A stretch of 62,438 nt of DNA, filler included, from Choristocarpus tenellus KU-1152 (taxonomy: Eukaryota > Protista > Phaeophyceae), in the NCBI GenBank assembly GCA_964200185.2. It is 13 parts of 13 records of this genome, joined end to end, with 100 filler letters (N's around TTAATTAATTAA, not from the genome) between each part and the next. Parts side by side here need not be neighbours in the genome. Positions count along the whole stretch, not along the records: positions 1 to 4,822 come from CAXNAD020012932.1; positions 4,923 to 8,628 come from CAXNAD020018404.1; positions 8,729 to 11,556 come from CAXNAD020024392.1; positions 11,657 to 15,015 come from CAXNAD020020551.1; 9 more parts are not named here. One strand, written 5' to 3'. Positions within the stretch are counted from its first letter, which is position 1. The number at the start of each line of letters is the position of its first letter. The notes under the pieces were generated by a model. It was not told the DNA's origin. It made no database searches and saw only the letters and a program-made list of their open reading frames with translations. Of the stretch, positions 1 through 12,884 are shown piece after piece. Both the position numbers and the translations under genes were made by a program.

Positions 1-84
1 CCCCCACACTTACGGAACCAATGCACTGCAGAGTAATTGTCCCCCCTAAGCAACACTGGGTCTCCCTTCTTCTCCGCTTTCCCC

Positions 85-1849
85 TTAACCTTCATAACCA
101 GTACCCATGCATTCATTACCATTCCTAGTAACTAAGACATTGATTGATATACTCCCCCTTTCTCCTTTTACCACACTACGCATAATATCCTTCTTCACGT
201 TTTCCGGGAAGTCATATCTCCACCACTTACCCGTCTCTACGTTGTACCCTCCTACAGCTGAAAAATATGCATCCGAATACCATGTCGTACCTGGAGGTTT
301 TGAAACAACCCCCAAAAACGGGGAGCTCAAGTTTTCACCCTCCTCGGCCAGACCATGTTCTATCACCCACCTCCACCATTTCAATTCTTCTTTGAATTCC
401 CTTCCTATCCTGATTTCCCTATTTGCTTCTCTTGGGCCTTCCCTCTGTTCACCCTGTCCCCCCCCCCTTGCTATCCTACCCACTCAGTCCTGTTTCTCGT
501 GCAACCCTGACAGGTGTACCAGCCGCCAAAGAAAACTTTTTCCTGGGCGTATAACATACGACATGTGAAATAGTCGGCCCAGCAACACCCATACCTCCTG
601 CACCCTCGCTACCAACTTCGATTCTGGCCACTCCCCTAACAATGACTTCATTCCCTTCAGCTTTCCCTCTGGTAGGGCAATGGTCATCTTCTCTGTATCT
701 ATCCTCCATCCTACCACTACCTGTGTAGTATGCCATCCTGTTAATTTTTTTGCTGACAGAATGGGGGGTTCGTCTAGGTCCCTCTGGCCTAGCAACCGTA
801 TGTGGTCGGAGACTAGGGGATTTGTTGCTAGCTTCAGTCTCCACCCATCTTCAAACCATTGGGGCTCTACCAAGATGCTATCATCTATGTACATTCTGGC
901 AAAAAACGGGTCCTCCACCCCCCCCCCTGCTTTGTCCTGCACCTTCCATGTCTCATCTATGGTCCTGCTTCGAGTACGTTACACCTACCGCAATCATTTC
1001 TGCTTCTTTGAGGACTACTGTCGACTTGGGATCTATGTGACAGTGTGAAAATTCTAGTGCACTCGCTAAGAGGTCCCACCACCCCGGGCTATTCCTTCAC
1101 CCAAATTGGAGTCTAAAATCGATCACTAGCAAGTCTCCAACACAATATCCAAACTTTGCAGCCCCTTGTGGTTCTACTGGTACTTGGCGAAAGGCATCTT
1201 TCACATCCATCTTACCAATCATAATCCTCGTCCCCAGGAACTTCTTCCTTAATCCCACAATTCTCCTAATCACGTCTCCTATAACTGTTCCACAATGTTC
1301 GGGGGGTGCATCCTCTAACTCTGTCTGGTCATTCACTCTCGGCCTCCAACTCTCTTGCTGATACGACAAGTCATGAATAATCCTTACCTTCGTGGGTTCT
1401 TGAATGACACCAACTGGGGACACCTGTAATCCTGGGATCTTCCTCCTCATCCTTTTTGGAAACACCAAAGCTCTACCCTGGGTCACATCACTCACTACCT
1501 TTTCTAGTAGGGCCTTCTTCCTACTTCTTGCACTCGTGTGGTTTCCATACTCTAGTCTCTCCTCAACTCTGCCTACTCCCCCTACGCACACTGGTACTCC
1601 CTTGTTCACTATCTGTTGGAGTTGCTCTATCTGTTGGAACCCAACCTTTCCCCCAAAATGGTCATCAATCGTCTCCCAATTCAACCGTTTGGGACTCCAT
1701 CTTTCCCCTAACCTATCCCCACTATAGTCACAAAGTCCCCCCCACACTCTCCAATTAATACTTCCCCTTTTCTTGCCAACTTCTCCAGTCCCTCCACTAA
1801 CATTACCCCATCCCTTTCTCTCTTCCAATCTTGCCATGCTCTCAACCAA
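85..1849 (-). pseudogene. Reverse transcriptase/RNase H pseudogene of the DIRS/Ngaro-like element
   Basis: In-frame TGA at 1097-1099 within FG[W]RNSPGWW. The frame is also disrupted near 950 (before ARMYIDD), at the stop at 484-486, and near 130 (SINVL). Confidence 0.85.
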
Positions 1850-2020
1850 TCTTCGAAGTCATCCGTCATTCCCCTTTCCCCCCCCCCTCTACCTTTGAGT
1901 GTCCGGCGTATTGACCCTGGTGTTGGAATCCCCGATGTCTCTTGTCTATGTTGTGGTAGTCTTGACGTCCATTTGGTCTCTTCCTGCCGGCCCCCCCTGG
2001 ACAGGGGTGGGCCCGCGTCT

Positions 2021-2944
2021 TCATGGGTCTTTCTTTTTAGCCTTGGCCTCGGTCTGAGCTTCCTTCTCTTTCTCTTCTTCCCCTCCTTCGGATTGGTCGT
2101 ATTTGCAGAAACCATTTCTTTTCAGGAAGTCACACTCCTTTCCTGACTTCCACGCAAAACACGGGTTGTAGGTCCTTCCCCCCCCTCTTGATACTCCTGC
2201 TCTATTTCTGCCTTCAGCCCCTGGAGATTTTGAAGCCCTTGTCTCCCCCCATGCTCCCACCCTCTTCATGGATCGGGAGCGGGACCCAGTGCTATACAAG
2301 GCAGGCAGCATGTTCTTTGCCTGCGCCAATGTCGCTTCTACACATGTGAAGTGCGGGCTCGGCGGGAGTGGTATCAGCGTATCACGGGGAGGTGGTGTGT
2401 TAAATTTGTTCCCTATTATATCAGCCGCTGCCGCCAATCGCTTTTCCCAGCACATTAGGTCCTCGTCCACTGCTCTGAAAATTAGTTCCACAATCCGCGG
2501 ACTCTCTAACAACGTCGGTATGTTGGCACCGTAGAACATGCGAACTTTACGCCGAGCCTCTTCCAAATCATCAATCACCCGTTCTGTCCTTCTTTTCCCC
2601 CTATTACAATTCTCCCCATATTTACATACCCTCACCATGGCTGCCACAAAGCAGTCGAAGTTGTCGGGTAATTCGTAGTCCCCTTTGAACGTCTTCCTCC
2701 CGAGCTCCCCCTTTGGTATGTAGTCTCTGATCGTAAAACCTGCCAAGTATTCTAGCTGTGCTGCCACCTCTTCCGTCACGTCTGCTATCTCCTCCACGAT
2801 CCTCTGTAGCTCGTACTTCGTTGTCCTGGCATTCCCCGTTTTTATAAATAGGGGAATGAAACCGAGGAGTATAATATACTTCCTCACCTCCACCTTGTTC
2901 CACGCTTGCATCAATGACTTCTCCTGAAACCTCTCTGCCATCAA
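2021..2944 (-). CDS. Gag-like ORF of the DIRS/Ngaro-like element, with a degenerate C-terminal CCCH-like zinc finger
   Basis: 307-aa ORF directly upstream of the RT ORF, containing CFAWKSGKECDFLKRNGFCKY followed by a basic tail. Confidence 0.6.
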   Translation of the reverse strand: MMAERFQEKSLMQAWNKVEVRKYIILLGFIPLFIKTGNARTTKYELQRIVEEIADVTEEVAAQLEYLAGFTIRDYIPKGELGRKTFKGDYELPDNFDCFVAAMVRVCKYGENCNRGKRRTERVIDDLEEARRKVRMFYGANIPTLLESPRIVELIFRAVDEDLMCWEKRLAAAADIIGNKFNTPPPRDTLIPLPPSPHFTCVEATLAQAKNMLPALYSTGSRSRSMKRVGAWGETRASKSPGAEGRNRAGVSRGGGRTYNPCFAWKSGKECDFLKRNGFCKYDQSEGGEEEKEKEAQTEAKAKKKDP

Positions 2945-4822
2945 TATTGATTATATCGATCCTCTCTCCCTTATCGCTCCTGCTCCCCTTCCCATCCCTC
3001 TTTCTTCTCCCTCTTTTTCTGATGTTCTCGATCAACATAGAAGCTTGCTCGGATCGGAGGTTGCCTTGGTCTCCCCTCCTCGTCTTGTACCCCTGATTTT
3101 CTTTCCCTTTTTTCACTGACTGGCTGCTGTCCTTCCCTTTATCTACCACTCATTTCCATTAACCATCTCGTCCCTTCCTTAACTATTCCTTCTCTTCCTG
3201 CTTCCTTCTTTTTCTTTCCCCCACCCACTCTTGTCCTGTGCCCCCAACCAACCAGAAATCTTCCGCCCACAAAACTCAGATTACTTCATAAACTCCCACT
3301 TTTTTGAGCATGTCGAAAAAAGCGGTACAAAAATACATATTTTTTCGATTTGGTTCATAATATTTGGCATAAAATCGGGGTAGGTACTGTATACACATTG
3401 TCATTATTCTTCTGAATTGCGTTGGTATGTAGTGTAAACATGTATTAATCCATTATTGCGATATTAATCTATACATTTTTCCAAATTTCAATGTTTGCAA
3501 AATTTGTTTCAATTGATTAGGTACACTACAGACGTTTTTTTTACGAGGAAGAAATAGGCATCCATCATATATATAAAATGTTATATATTACAAGTCCAAC
3601 GAAATCGGAAGGGTCGAAATGGAGATGGTTTCTGATTGGTCAGTATAGCATCCTATAAAGAATGAAACCAATAATGCATAACAGAAGTAGTTGTGGCACT
3701 TCTGCTAAACGTGTCAGAACGATATCTGTTACAAGTGCGAAGTTTATCGACACCCTCCTCTGAAGGAACCCGTAGTAACAGTGTTTCAAAACTAGTGGGT
3801 GGTTTGCAGATGTTTTTGTCAGATCCTAAGTTTATGGCAAAACCAACCACAGTGTCTCCCAGATTGGTGGGTGGGTCACCTGCAATGTCCTCAGTGTCCA
3901 GGGTTGACTAGCCACTTACAACCCTTCCATCATAATGAACTGGGTCATCTACAGACGTCAGGAGGTAAAAACTACCATCTGGTTCAGTAGATGTAACCTC
4001 CATTGTTGGGTTTGTAAAGCAGCAACCAGAGACGTCCGTGAATAGGGTTGTGGTTAATTTGACTGGCAGTGCGCCTTCAAGGACGAAGTTGAATGATAGG
4101 AATTGTGATCGGTCCAGGATGGGTGCATAATCATCTTCCACGTAAATTCAAATGTGTCCAAGGATGGAGGGTTCAACAGTGTAACTGGTTGCATTGTGGC
4201 TACTGGGAGAAGAGTAGAAGCCCAGGCTTCCCATTCACAGTTACAACCCCAAAAATTGGTTCCATAAACGATTTCTTGTGTTGGCATGCAGCTTCCACTA
4301 AATTTGTGCATGCTAGTGCTGGTGCCTCACAATTCTTCATTCTTGGAATAATCACTATTGGTGACAGACCATCCAGGAAAGTGAGGTGTAGAGGCTGCCC
4401 TACAGGACTGACTGGCAGAACATGGGGCAAAGTTGTCCTTGAGATACACCGCTGCACTACCATGGGATTCCTGTAGGACATGTCTCTCCCTACAACAGTT
4501 TTCCATAGTGAAGACCTGAAACACAAGGGAATGAGGTCCTCTGGTGAGATAAATGTGAGGTTTCAAAACACTTGCATAATCTCACAACAGACATCACTTC
4601 ATCTGACATGGTATGATATATATATATATTTCACCTCACAAATTACTATTTCCACAGTTGACAGATTTGATGTGTTTATGACCATGAAGTTTGCAGCATT
4701 GAGCAAAGCCTTCAAGGGTTCGCCTCGCCTCCTCAATCACACCAAAGCTTGCTCCATTGGACATAGCAGTTTTCACAACACAGTTTTTTGACCCAAAGTA
4801 TCTGGGGGGGGGGGGGGGGGGG

Positions 4823-4922
4823 NNNNNNNNNNNNNNNNNNNNNNNNNNNNNNNNNNNNNNNNNNNNTTAATTAATTAANNNNNNNNNNNNNNNNNNNNNN
4901 NNNNNNNNNNNNNNNNNNNNNN
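4823..4922. other. Artificial contig spacer N44-TTAATTAATTAA-N44. Others at 8629, 11557, 15016, 19512, 23438, 32642, 38070, 41383, 45734, 48391 and 52402
   Basis: Identical 100-bp linker with stops in all six frames, repeated 12 times. Confidence 0.98.
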
Positions 4923-5373
4923 CTTCCTCATCCCCTGCCTCTTCCCCGGATTCTGCATCCCCCCCCTCAACCTCGCTGCCCAGCCCTAACCCTGCTGCCA
5001 CTTCACTGCATCCTTTGATAAGAAGCCACTGTAGGACACTAATGGTAGACAACAGGCAGCTTGGGTCCTGTGATGTTGACAAGCACGAGCATTTGGGTGT
5101 GTACAATCATCAGTTGAGGTGTGACAAAGGTTGCTAGAAAGAGGGGGAGGGGGAGGGGGAGGGGGGTATTTGTGTTCGTTGAGGAAAGCATGGATTTTAT
5201 AGTATACTGAGTACTATATATTGCAAAGTGTATAGATACATATTATATATATATATATATAACCCTAACCCCCTTCTTAAACATGTGTAGTAATAGGCAT
5301 GTTCTAATAATAATATTGCATTAGGTATAGGTGCAGTCTGACTATCGTTGCACAATGTTTATGTTACTATTAC

Positions 5374-5407
<34 letters not shown>

Positions 5408-8400
5408 CCTCCGGCAAGTATATTTTAATACACAGCATTGCGTGCTCCATGTGTAGTGACGACCAACCAAAAATAACAAAAAAAAATGCTTTCATTTTTG
5501 TTTATTTTCATGCTATGATCTCATGTCCGCTACCTTAAACAAACAAAAAAAAAAGGAAAAAAAAATTCTTGGCAGATTTAGTCAGTAGCACAAACACTAA
5601 AGTAAAAAAAAATGTGAACATAAACCAATAAAGTACAAAGGTGCTTAAAGACAATACAGAAAAAAAAGTAAACCGACGACACAAAGATAACGAACAATAT
5701 ATTTTTTTTATATACACTTCATTCAAATTTTTTATTTTATTTTATTTTATTTAATAGTCACTCAGGGGAAACCGTACACACCATAAAACCAACACAAAAG
5801 CAGCACGCGATGACTACAGAGCGCACCTCCTCAGAGCACGCCTCTTCTACTACCAACTCCAACATGCCAAAGGTGCGGAGGCGAGCGTCGGCTCCACGCG
5901 CTCTCGCCACGTGTCCTTTCACATGCAGGATCACCTTGGTAAGGCGTCACGGAAGGCATTGGAGAAGGGGGAGGAGAAGGGGTTTGGGGGTTTGGGAGGG
6001 GGGATAGTATTCTGAGGCCAGATTGGGGGCGGAGCCAGGCAAGACAAGGTATGGGAAGGAAGGCAGAATGTGTGTGTGTGTGTGTGTGCGTGTTATTCTT
6101 AATATTTATCTCTAGTACTACTAATATCATTACACTTTTATTGCGACCATCTCTATTCTTCGTCTTCGTCTTCGTCTTCTTCTTCTTCTTATTATTATTA
6201 TTTAAGTAGTGGGAGTACTCCAGAGTAGAAACAAGCTGGTCTCACCTCAACATAGTTAACCTTTCGAAGGAGACTCCCGATGTCACCCCTGCTCTCCACC
6301 TGCCTAGCCACCTACAAATAGTGATATTGTTCAAAAATAGTGACAATTAAAAAAAATAGTGACAATAACAAAAATAAGTAAATGCTTTGTATGATGTACT
6401 CTCCGACCAGAGGTGGAAGACAACATCCACTATTTTTTTTCATTTTTTCACCCTTCTCCCCCCCCCCCCCCCCCCCCCCCCCCCTATTCTATTTTTTTTA
6501 TTGACCACTACTTATAAACTCCCCATTATCCCTGCAGAACACAGACACACACAAGAACACAGCTAGTTGCCGTTCTATCTGTCCATTAAACTTTTTAACA
6601 CAATTAAAAAACAAAAACAATACCTAGTAAACAATACCTAGTAAACAATAACTAGTATTACAAAAAGTAAAAAAAATGAAACAGTATTTTAATCTTAGTG
6701 TGTATGATATTTTGAGGTCAAATCGGGGATTCCCGACAACCAGATATCAAGAGGATCGGTATGACAAAATAAGGTACACTGTAAATTTACGGATATATAT
6801 ATATATATACGTATACAGCTGATGGTACATAGTTAATAGTACACATCGTCATTGATTTGTTTGACAGTTACACACGTTGGTACCCTCCGCTAGGTGCATT
6901 TTTTTTCTTTCTTACCAACTGTGAAGAAAGAAAAAAACAAAAACTGCGAATAATAAAAAAAGAGAATATTTTTATTAAAAAATATAATTAAAAAAATGAA
7001 AAAAGAAAAAAAAAAACATTCAGAAGAGAAACCCTACCGCAGGCGAGGTAGGTAGGTAATGTAGATCCACATCTATATAACTAAAAAACAAAAAAAAAAC
7101 TAAAAAAAAAAACTGTCAATCGAGTGGACACATTAGGAGGATCGACCTCTTCTCACAAAAAAGACAATAAAAAAAAATAAAAAAAGAGCGTGTGGCACGA
7201 TGATCGTCGCATCGATTCCTAACCCTAACCCTAACCCTAACCCTAACCCTAGCACTAACACTTAATTTCCTGACAGTTCAGCCAAGAATTCTTTAAAACA
7301 AAAAAAAATCCTGACTGGACTGGTAAGAACGCCTCTTCCTTTTTTTGAAAAAAAATGCACGAGAGGGAGGATGGATGATGCTGAAAAATCCCCCCCCCCC
7401 ATGCATGTGTGTGGGCAGGGGGATTATTAAAAATCAATCTCGTTTTTTAGATTGGTATCGTCCTGTAGGGGGCTGTACTTACCTTACACTGATAGGGGTA
7501 GAGAGGTGTGATCCGTCTCAGAATCATTTCAAATTATTTTATTTTTTTACAGCATACGTTCATTTTTTTAAAAATTCTCATTATAAAAAAAGAGAGTAAC
7601 ATGTGCTTCAATTCTAAGTGCACTTTTTTATTTTATGCCTTACGTTACGTATCAATAAATAATGAAAATATATATATAATTAGGTACTTGAAATTCAAAC
7701 AGCGCTTATTTTATGTATCTAAAAAAATACATACACAGTCAATTAAAAAAAAAAGGTTATTTCGAGAGGTAACTCCCAATTCGTGCTGAAACCCCCCCCC
7801 CCCAAGGATGAACAAACTTTGCAACAAAAGATGTAAGCGGAATGAGGATTAGGGTTAGGACCTATCCTGTTTAAAATCAAACCGCTCCAACGGTACTACT
7901 CCCTCCTCCCCCCTGCCCTCTACATTCATTCTGCCCCGCATCAAACTGCCAAATAAATAAATAAATATATATATATATTTTTTGACAAATTAGAACAACC
8001 GTATATATATATACATATATATTTACTACAGAGGCATGAAATGGAAAAATAAAAAACCGTTAGCAATGAATCTTCAATTCAATGCACAGGATGTTTTTTT
8101 TTTTTGTAAACCAACCACCACGTAACTTATGGGTGACGTACAGGAAATAATAAAGAAAAATCATCAGCAACAAAAAAATAATAAATAATACTTAACTAAA
8201 AAATCAAAAAATAAATACAGTCCTCCGGTGGAGTGTGCGCGACGAGGTAAAATAAATTTTAAAAAAATCCTTGTAACAAAAAAAAAAAAATCACCACCGA
8301 TCCCGTGCCTGCTGGAGCGTCTTCTCCACAGACTCCCTCGTGACCCTCGCGAACGGGCCGAAGGGCTCCAGGGCTCCAAGATCCAACAGACGCAGAACTA

Positions 8401-8450
8401 GAGTCTGAATGTTGTTCGCCATCTTTCCTGCCTTTTTGGAGCTGATCACC
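4923..8450 (-). CDS. Internal exons of an unknown, probably alpha-helical protein: 8450-8309, 6311-6246, 5934-5827, 5067-4923
   Basis: Phase-compatible exons with AG acceptors and GT/GC donors splice to VISSKKAGKMANNIQTLVLRLLDLGALEPFGPFARVTRESVEKTLQQ|VARQVESRGDIGSLLRKVNYVE|VILHVKGHVARARGADARLRTFGMLELVVEEACSEE|DPSCLLSTISVLQWLLIKG... They form GC-richer islands within AT-rich introns. Confidence 0.65.
7218..7250 (-). repeat. Interstitial telomere-like (CCCTAA)n
   Basis: cctaaccctaaccctaaccctaaccctaaccct. Confidence 0.9.
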
Positions 8451-11400
8451 CTTCACTCAACCACAGAAACCCCCAACCCCCCACCCCCCACCCCCAAGGT
8501 ATTGTGTACATAATTATTATTAAATATATACACGGGGGGGGGGGGGTAATTATTAAGAGTCAGGACACCAAGTGCAGGGTCAAAGTATCTGGGGGGGGGG
8601 GGGGGGGGGGGGCGTTCTTTTTTGAGCTNNNNNNNNNNNNNNNNNNNNNNNNNNNNNNNNNNNNNNNNNNNNTTAATTAATTAANNNNNNNNNNNNNNNN
8701 NNNNNNNNNNNNNNNNNNNNNNNNNNNNGGGAAAGGACCGCCTACCAAGGTGATTTGGAGTGGGGTGGGGGGTGAGGGGGGGGGGGGTAGAATGAGAGAC
8801 AGAAGCTATATAATCATCTGATTTCTAAAAAACGCATTGTAGTAGAAAATATTATTAGACATGTTTTTAAGGTTATTCCCAAAAGATGGATGATATTATA
8901 GGTAGACTATGGTGATCCAGTGTGTTGTTGTTCAGAGCAAACGTTAGTGTTTTTTTCTTAGGGTTAAGTTTAGCATTTGAAGAATGTGGTACTAGGTAGT
9001 ATTTTATTATTTATTATGGGAGGAGTAATAAAAATAATTTAAAGAAGAAAGGGAAGAAAGAATGAGAAGCAAATTTTGTTTTGTGTGTGTTGGGTAACGC
9101 TGACCATGGCAGAGATGCTCAAGGTGCTGGGGCCCCTTGTGCTGGTGGCCGGGTATACAGGGAGCAAGGCCCTACGGGCTTTGTCAGTTGCAGGGGAGGG
9201 TGGACTTGGTAGTGGACAGGGGAAGGTGGGGGGAGAAACACATGTAAAGGCAGATTAATGGCAGGGGTGTGGGAACAAGTTGTGGAGTGGGCAGGTCTCA
9301 TTCTTGGGATATTTGGAGGATTAGATACTCATTTCTTGTTGGCAGGCAGTAGTGGAGGTTTTCAGTGGTATTGTATTGGTCTTAGGACAACAGGGTAGGA
9401 CCAAATTGAGGCAACTAGTCTATGCCCTCCTGCCATGTCTATGTAACCACCATGCCAAAGGATGTGGCTGACTCCCCTTGTGAAGAGTCGCAGGGGCTCT
9501 ACATCAGTTCATCAGTTATGCAATGGTGGACAGGACAAGGGACACATAAGGCATCTATAAAGCTTCCTTTACTTTCGAGCTATTTGCAAGCAGTGCAGAG
9601 TCCACATTTTGGGGAGGATAACTGTATACCCGCAAATGAGTTGTCACAGGTTCCACATGGATGATGGAAGAATGCTCTTGAACGACCAGTGGGTCCTACA
9701 ACAACTCATGTAACTGCCACCCCTTTGCTCCCACAAGAACCCTTTGGATTGCTCCACCTGTTTTTCCAGCATATTTTGACACACCTGGGTGCCATCCGAA
9801 CGGATCACAACTGCGATCACATGGAAAATTTTTGTGGTGGAATTATTATCAGAAGCCAAATTGCTATGGACTACTGTGTAACAGCCTTGATTTGTAAAAT
9901 CCTCAGCAAAGGAGCTTCTTGCTTCCTGGCAGACATTTGTAAAGAACGAACTACACACAGTATGTAGTCTTCTCTAAGGAAGTAAATGTAAACAAGAGTG
10001 TGTTGCATAATTCAAAAAGAAAGGCTATGGAAGGAGTGCTTCCCATGATAAAGCAGTGTTACATTATTCTTACTTGAGATATGTGATTCACCTTGTTCCC
10101 AGTCGGTAATAAGCTACAGCCCCACTATTGTTTCCGTCACTCTATGTACGCAGCAGTGTACATTGATCTTGCAGAAGGCAAAACAAGGTTGATTTATTGA
10201 TCCTACAAAGAGAAGTTTGTACCATCATTCTATTACAATTACAACAGTACATCAGACCTCTACACGCTGGTGATACTTTTATTCTGTCCACTGTACACGT
10301 ATTCGCACTTCCGCCTGCTGGACCTGATCATTTCCACTGCTTACGGTGCAGTGCTGGTTGCGATTTTTTTCCCGTCCGTTTACGTAACGCTCTTCACATG
10401 ACTCGGACAGCACCTACTAGCTATGGAAGTTAACATACCAGGGTAGTGGTCGACTAAGCAACACTTAAGCTAACACATGGTTCAAGTGGAACTGGCTGAA
10501 GGTGATGCGTGTGGTGCCTGATGAGGAAGACCTCGTTTTACAATGAAGGGACCCTGATAAACAGCATAGTCAAGTTGGCATGAATAATATATGTAGGATT
10601 TCTAATGATTTAGTTTCTCCTCTTTGCCCATGACTGCCATTGGTAGGTTCCTAGTAGAGCTTATCATTATGTGCACTCTGCTACAAATCGCTATGATGAT
10701 GTGCTGTAAGACAAAACTATTGAACTGGGTGGAGCATTGTAGCATCTACTTGGTGTCTATTGGGGCTCTGGTGGTTTCCCACTTCCATTGGCCCCAGTAG
10801 TGCCCTGTGATGCTGGGACCACTACGTAGTGCTTGATAGCGGTATAGGGTGCCTTGTAGCGGCATATTGCGCCTATGGTTACCTTACAGTGTTTCTAGTG
10901 CTCCTAGTGCTACATAGTGTCATTATCTGCCACCTTATTGCAGCCTAAGACCTCCTAGCACTACGAATTATTGCTGTTCTATGTGCATTGTTCGTGACAC
11001 TTGGTGTATAGAGAACATCTACAAATGGAAACTGGGATCGGTAATCATACCGTATGTTGTATTATGTAAATCACAATTAACTCCATTGAGTGTTGTGTAA
11101 AGTTTTTTGTTGTTGTGAGGGCTACGGAAGTTGACGCACATTCCATGCTAGAAGAAAAATCACACTTTCCTCACTTGAACAATCCAAGTGTATCACATAT
11201 ATTTTTGGTGGTTTTCTGGATATATGTGGCACATACTACATGGAATTAAAATGAAAATTGTGATTGCCACTATTAAAGCTGTACTTTCTACTGTATTTTA
11301 AAACAGGTGCAACTACTTTCGCATGTTGCATTTGATTGTTGACAAGAGATGGGGGTGTGGAGTGATTATATCAAATACTTTGCTGTAAGAGAGAAACTGG

Positions 11401-12884
11401 GACGCTTGAACAGTAATATATTTTAAAACACTGCATTTTGCGTTTATACACCTCTTGGGCACACCAAGGAGGGTTGATATTTAACACACACCAAAAATAT
11501 CAACAATGAACAGGGGATCCTCAAAATTGAGAATGGAGCTTGACTATGAGAATGGTNNNNNNNNNNNNNNNNNNNNNNNNNNNNNNNNNNNNNNNNNNNN
11601 TTAATTAATTAANNNNNNNNNNNNNNNNNNNNNNNNNNNNNNNNNNNNNNNNNNNNGTGATAGCCAACCTCTAACGCCTAAGCCTCGATTATCAGGTCCC
11701 GTGTGACAGTCTTGCAGGGCTGACAGTATTCCTGAGAGTGTGGCATCAGCTGTTTCCTTAAGTAACCTCTGTGCTACACCTAGACTCAATTCATCATGTG
11801 GGGAAGGAGTATACTCTAGTTCTGAATCTACTAACGCATAGAGAGAGCAAGGGGACAGTGTGGGGTGCCCTGGGCTTAGGTCTGATGTACCTAAATCTTG
11901 CAAACACACACCATCTAAGTTTGGTCCTCGTGGTCCAGCATAGTTCTTGCTACAGGCTACTGATGGATCATCAGGAAAAGAATAGTCGATATCCAAACCT
12001 TGATCTGAGGGTGAGGAAAGTCGTGATAGTCCAGCAAAAAACAAGAAAAGACAGTGCATAGGACTGTTACGTTGATGGCATCTCAAATTGCATACCTCTC
12101 GTTCTACTTGACATTCCCAAACTCCTACACAATGCAATGCCCAAGCATAAGCTTTACGGCTCCTCCAGTAGTATCCACTGAGCAGCTGGAAGCAATGGAC
12201 CCAAACACAAAGATGAATAATACGACCATGTTGCACTTTCCAATCTACAACTCATTTCCCTGGGTGATCTGGCAGGCAAAACCTCAATGCATAATTCCTT
12301 TCCTGGGGAGTTGAGGGTGAGAACATTCTAACAAGGTGGTGTGTGAACTTCCAATATTTGTCATCCATTTAACCTCCAATACTATTTTTTTTGGTACGAA
12401 TAGTGAGGGTAGGGACATTGCCTACTTTGACACGCCAGCAAGCTCTCCTCTGTTTGTTGCCTCTCACTGTTGCGTAGAAATTATTCTTCTCCAGAATGCC
12501 TATTAGTATCAAGAAGTGTATGTACAGCCTCATTCCACCTCTGAACACAAAATGATCTACAAGTCCAACTTCATTAAACCCCTGCCTCAATCCCCCTTGA
12601 CTTCTCCTCTCTACTCTTTTCCGCCACCTTAGGGCACCCCTCACAATGCTAGAAAAGGACTGATTTGCCAGCAGTTACTCCCCACACAAAGTTTCTTCCT
12701 CTAACCCTAACCTTACATCTTTCCTGTTCAGGCACTGATTTAAACGTATCAGTGGGGTCATTCTCCACTATTACATCTTATGTACAACGGAACCTGGCCC
12801 TCCGTGTCTGCTGAGAAGGGAGGATATCCTCAACAGCTCAAATCAACTTGATCTCATTAAATCTTGGTGTTACCCTTGATGCAA

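Larger units (their letters stand above)
85..3149 (-). mobile_element. Decayed DIRS/Ngaro-like (tyrosine-recombinase class) retrotransposon, gag + RT + RNase H; 3' part lies outside the window
   Basis: Minus-strand ORFs in the order gag-like (2021-2944), RT (1097-1849, 484-942), RNase H (85-483). Motifs SPVGV..KVRIIHDLS, KMDVKDAFRQV, DFRLQFG*RNSPGWW, YIDD and WYSDA...SINVL are typical of DIRS/Ngaro pol. No tyrosine recombinase or terminal repeat is visible in the window. Confidence 0.85.

Noticed and set aside
1097-1099. TGA read as Trp (alternative code or readthrough) in the RT
   Set aside because: The element has other frameshifts and host exons use TGG for Trp. A simple G-to-A mutation explains it.
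4867-4878. Recurrent TTAATTAATTAA palindrome as a biological motif
   Set aside because: It is always centred in 88 Ns; it is an assembly linker.
9422-10433. Possible MULE/SWIM transposase remnant
   Set aside because: The Cys/His spacing is not convincing and the frames are too decayed.
11657-12236. 211-aa ORF
   Set aside because: It runs into the spacer and has no recognisable domain or secure splice sites. It may contain an exon, but I cannot support one.
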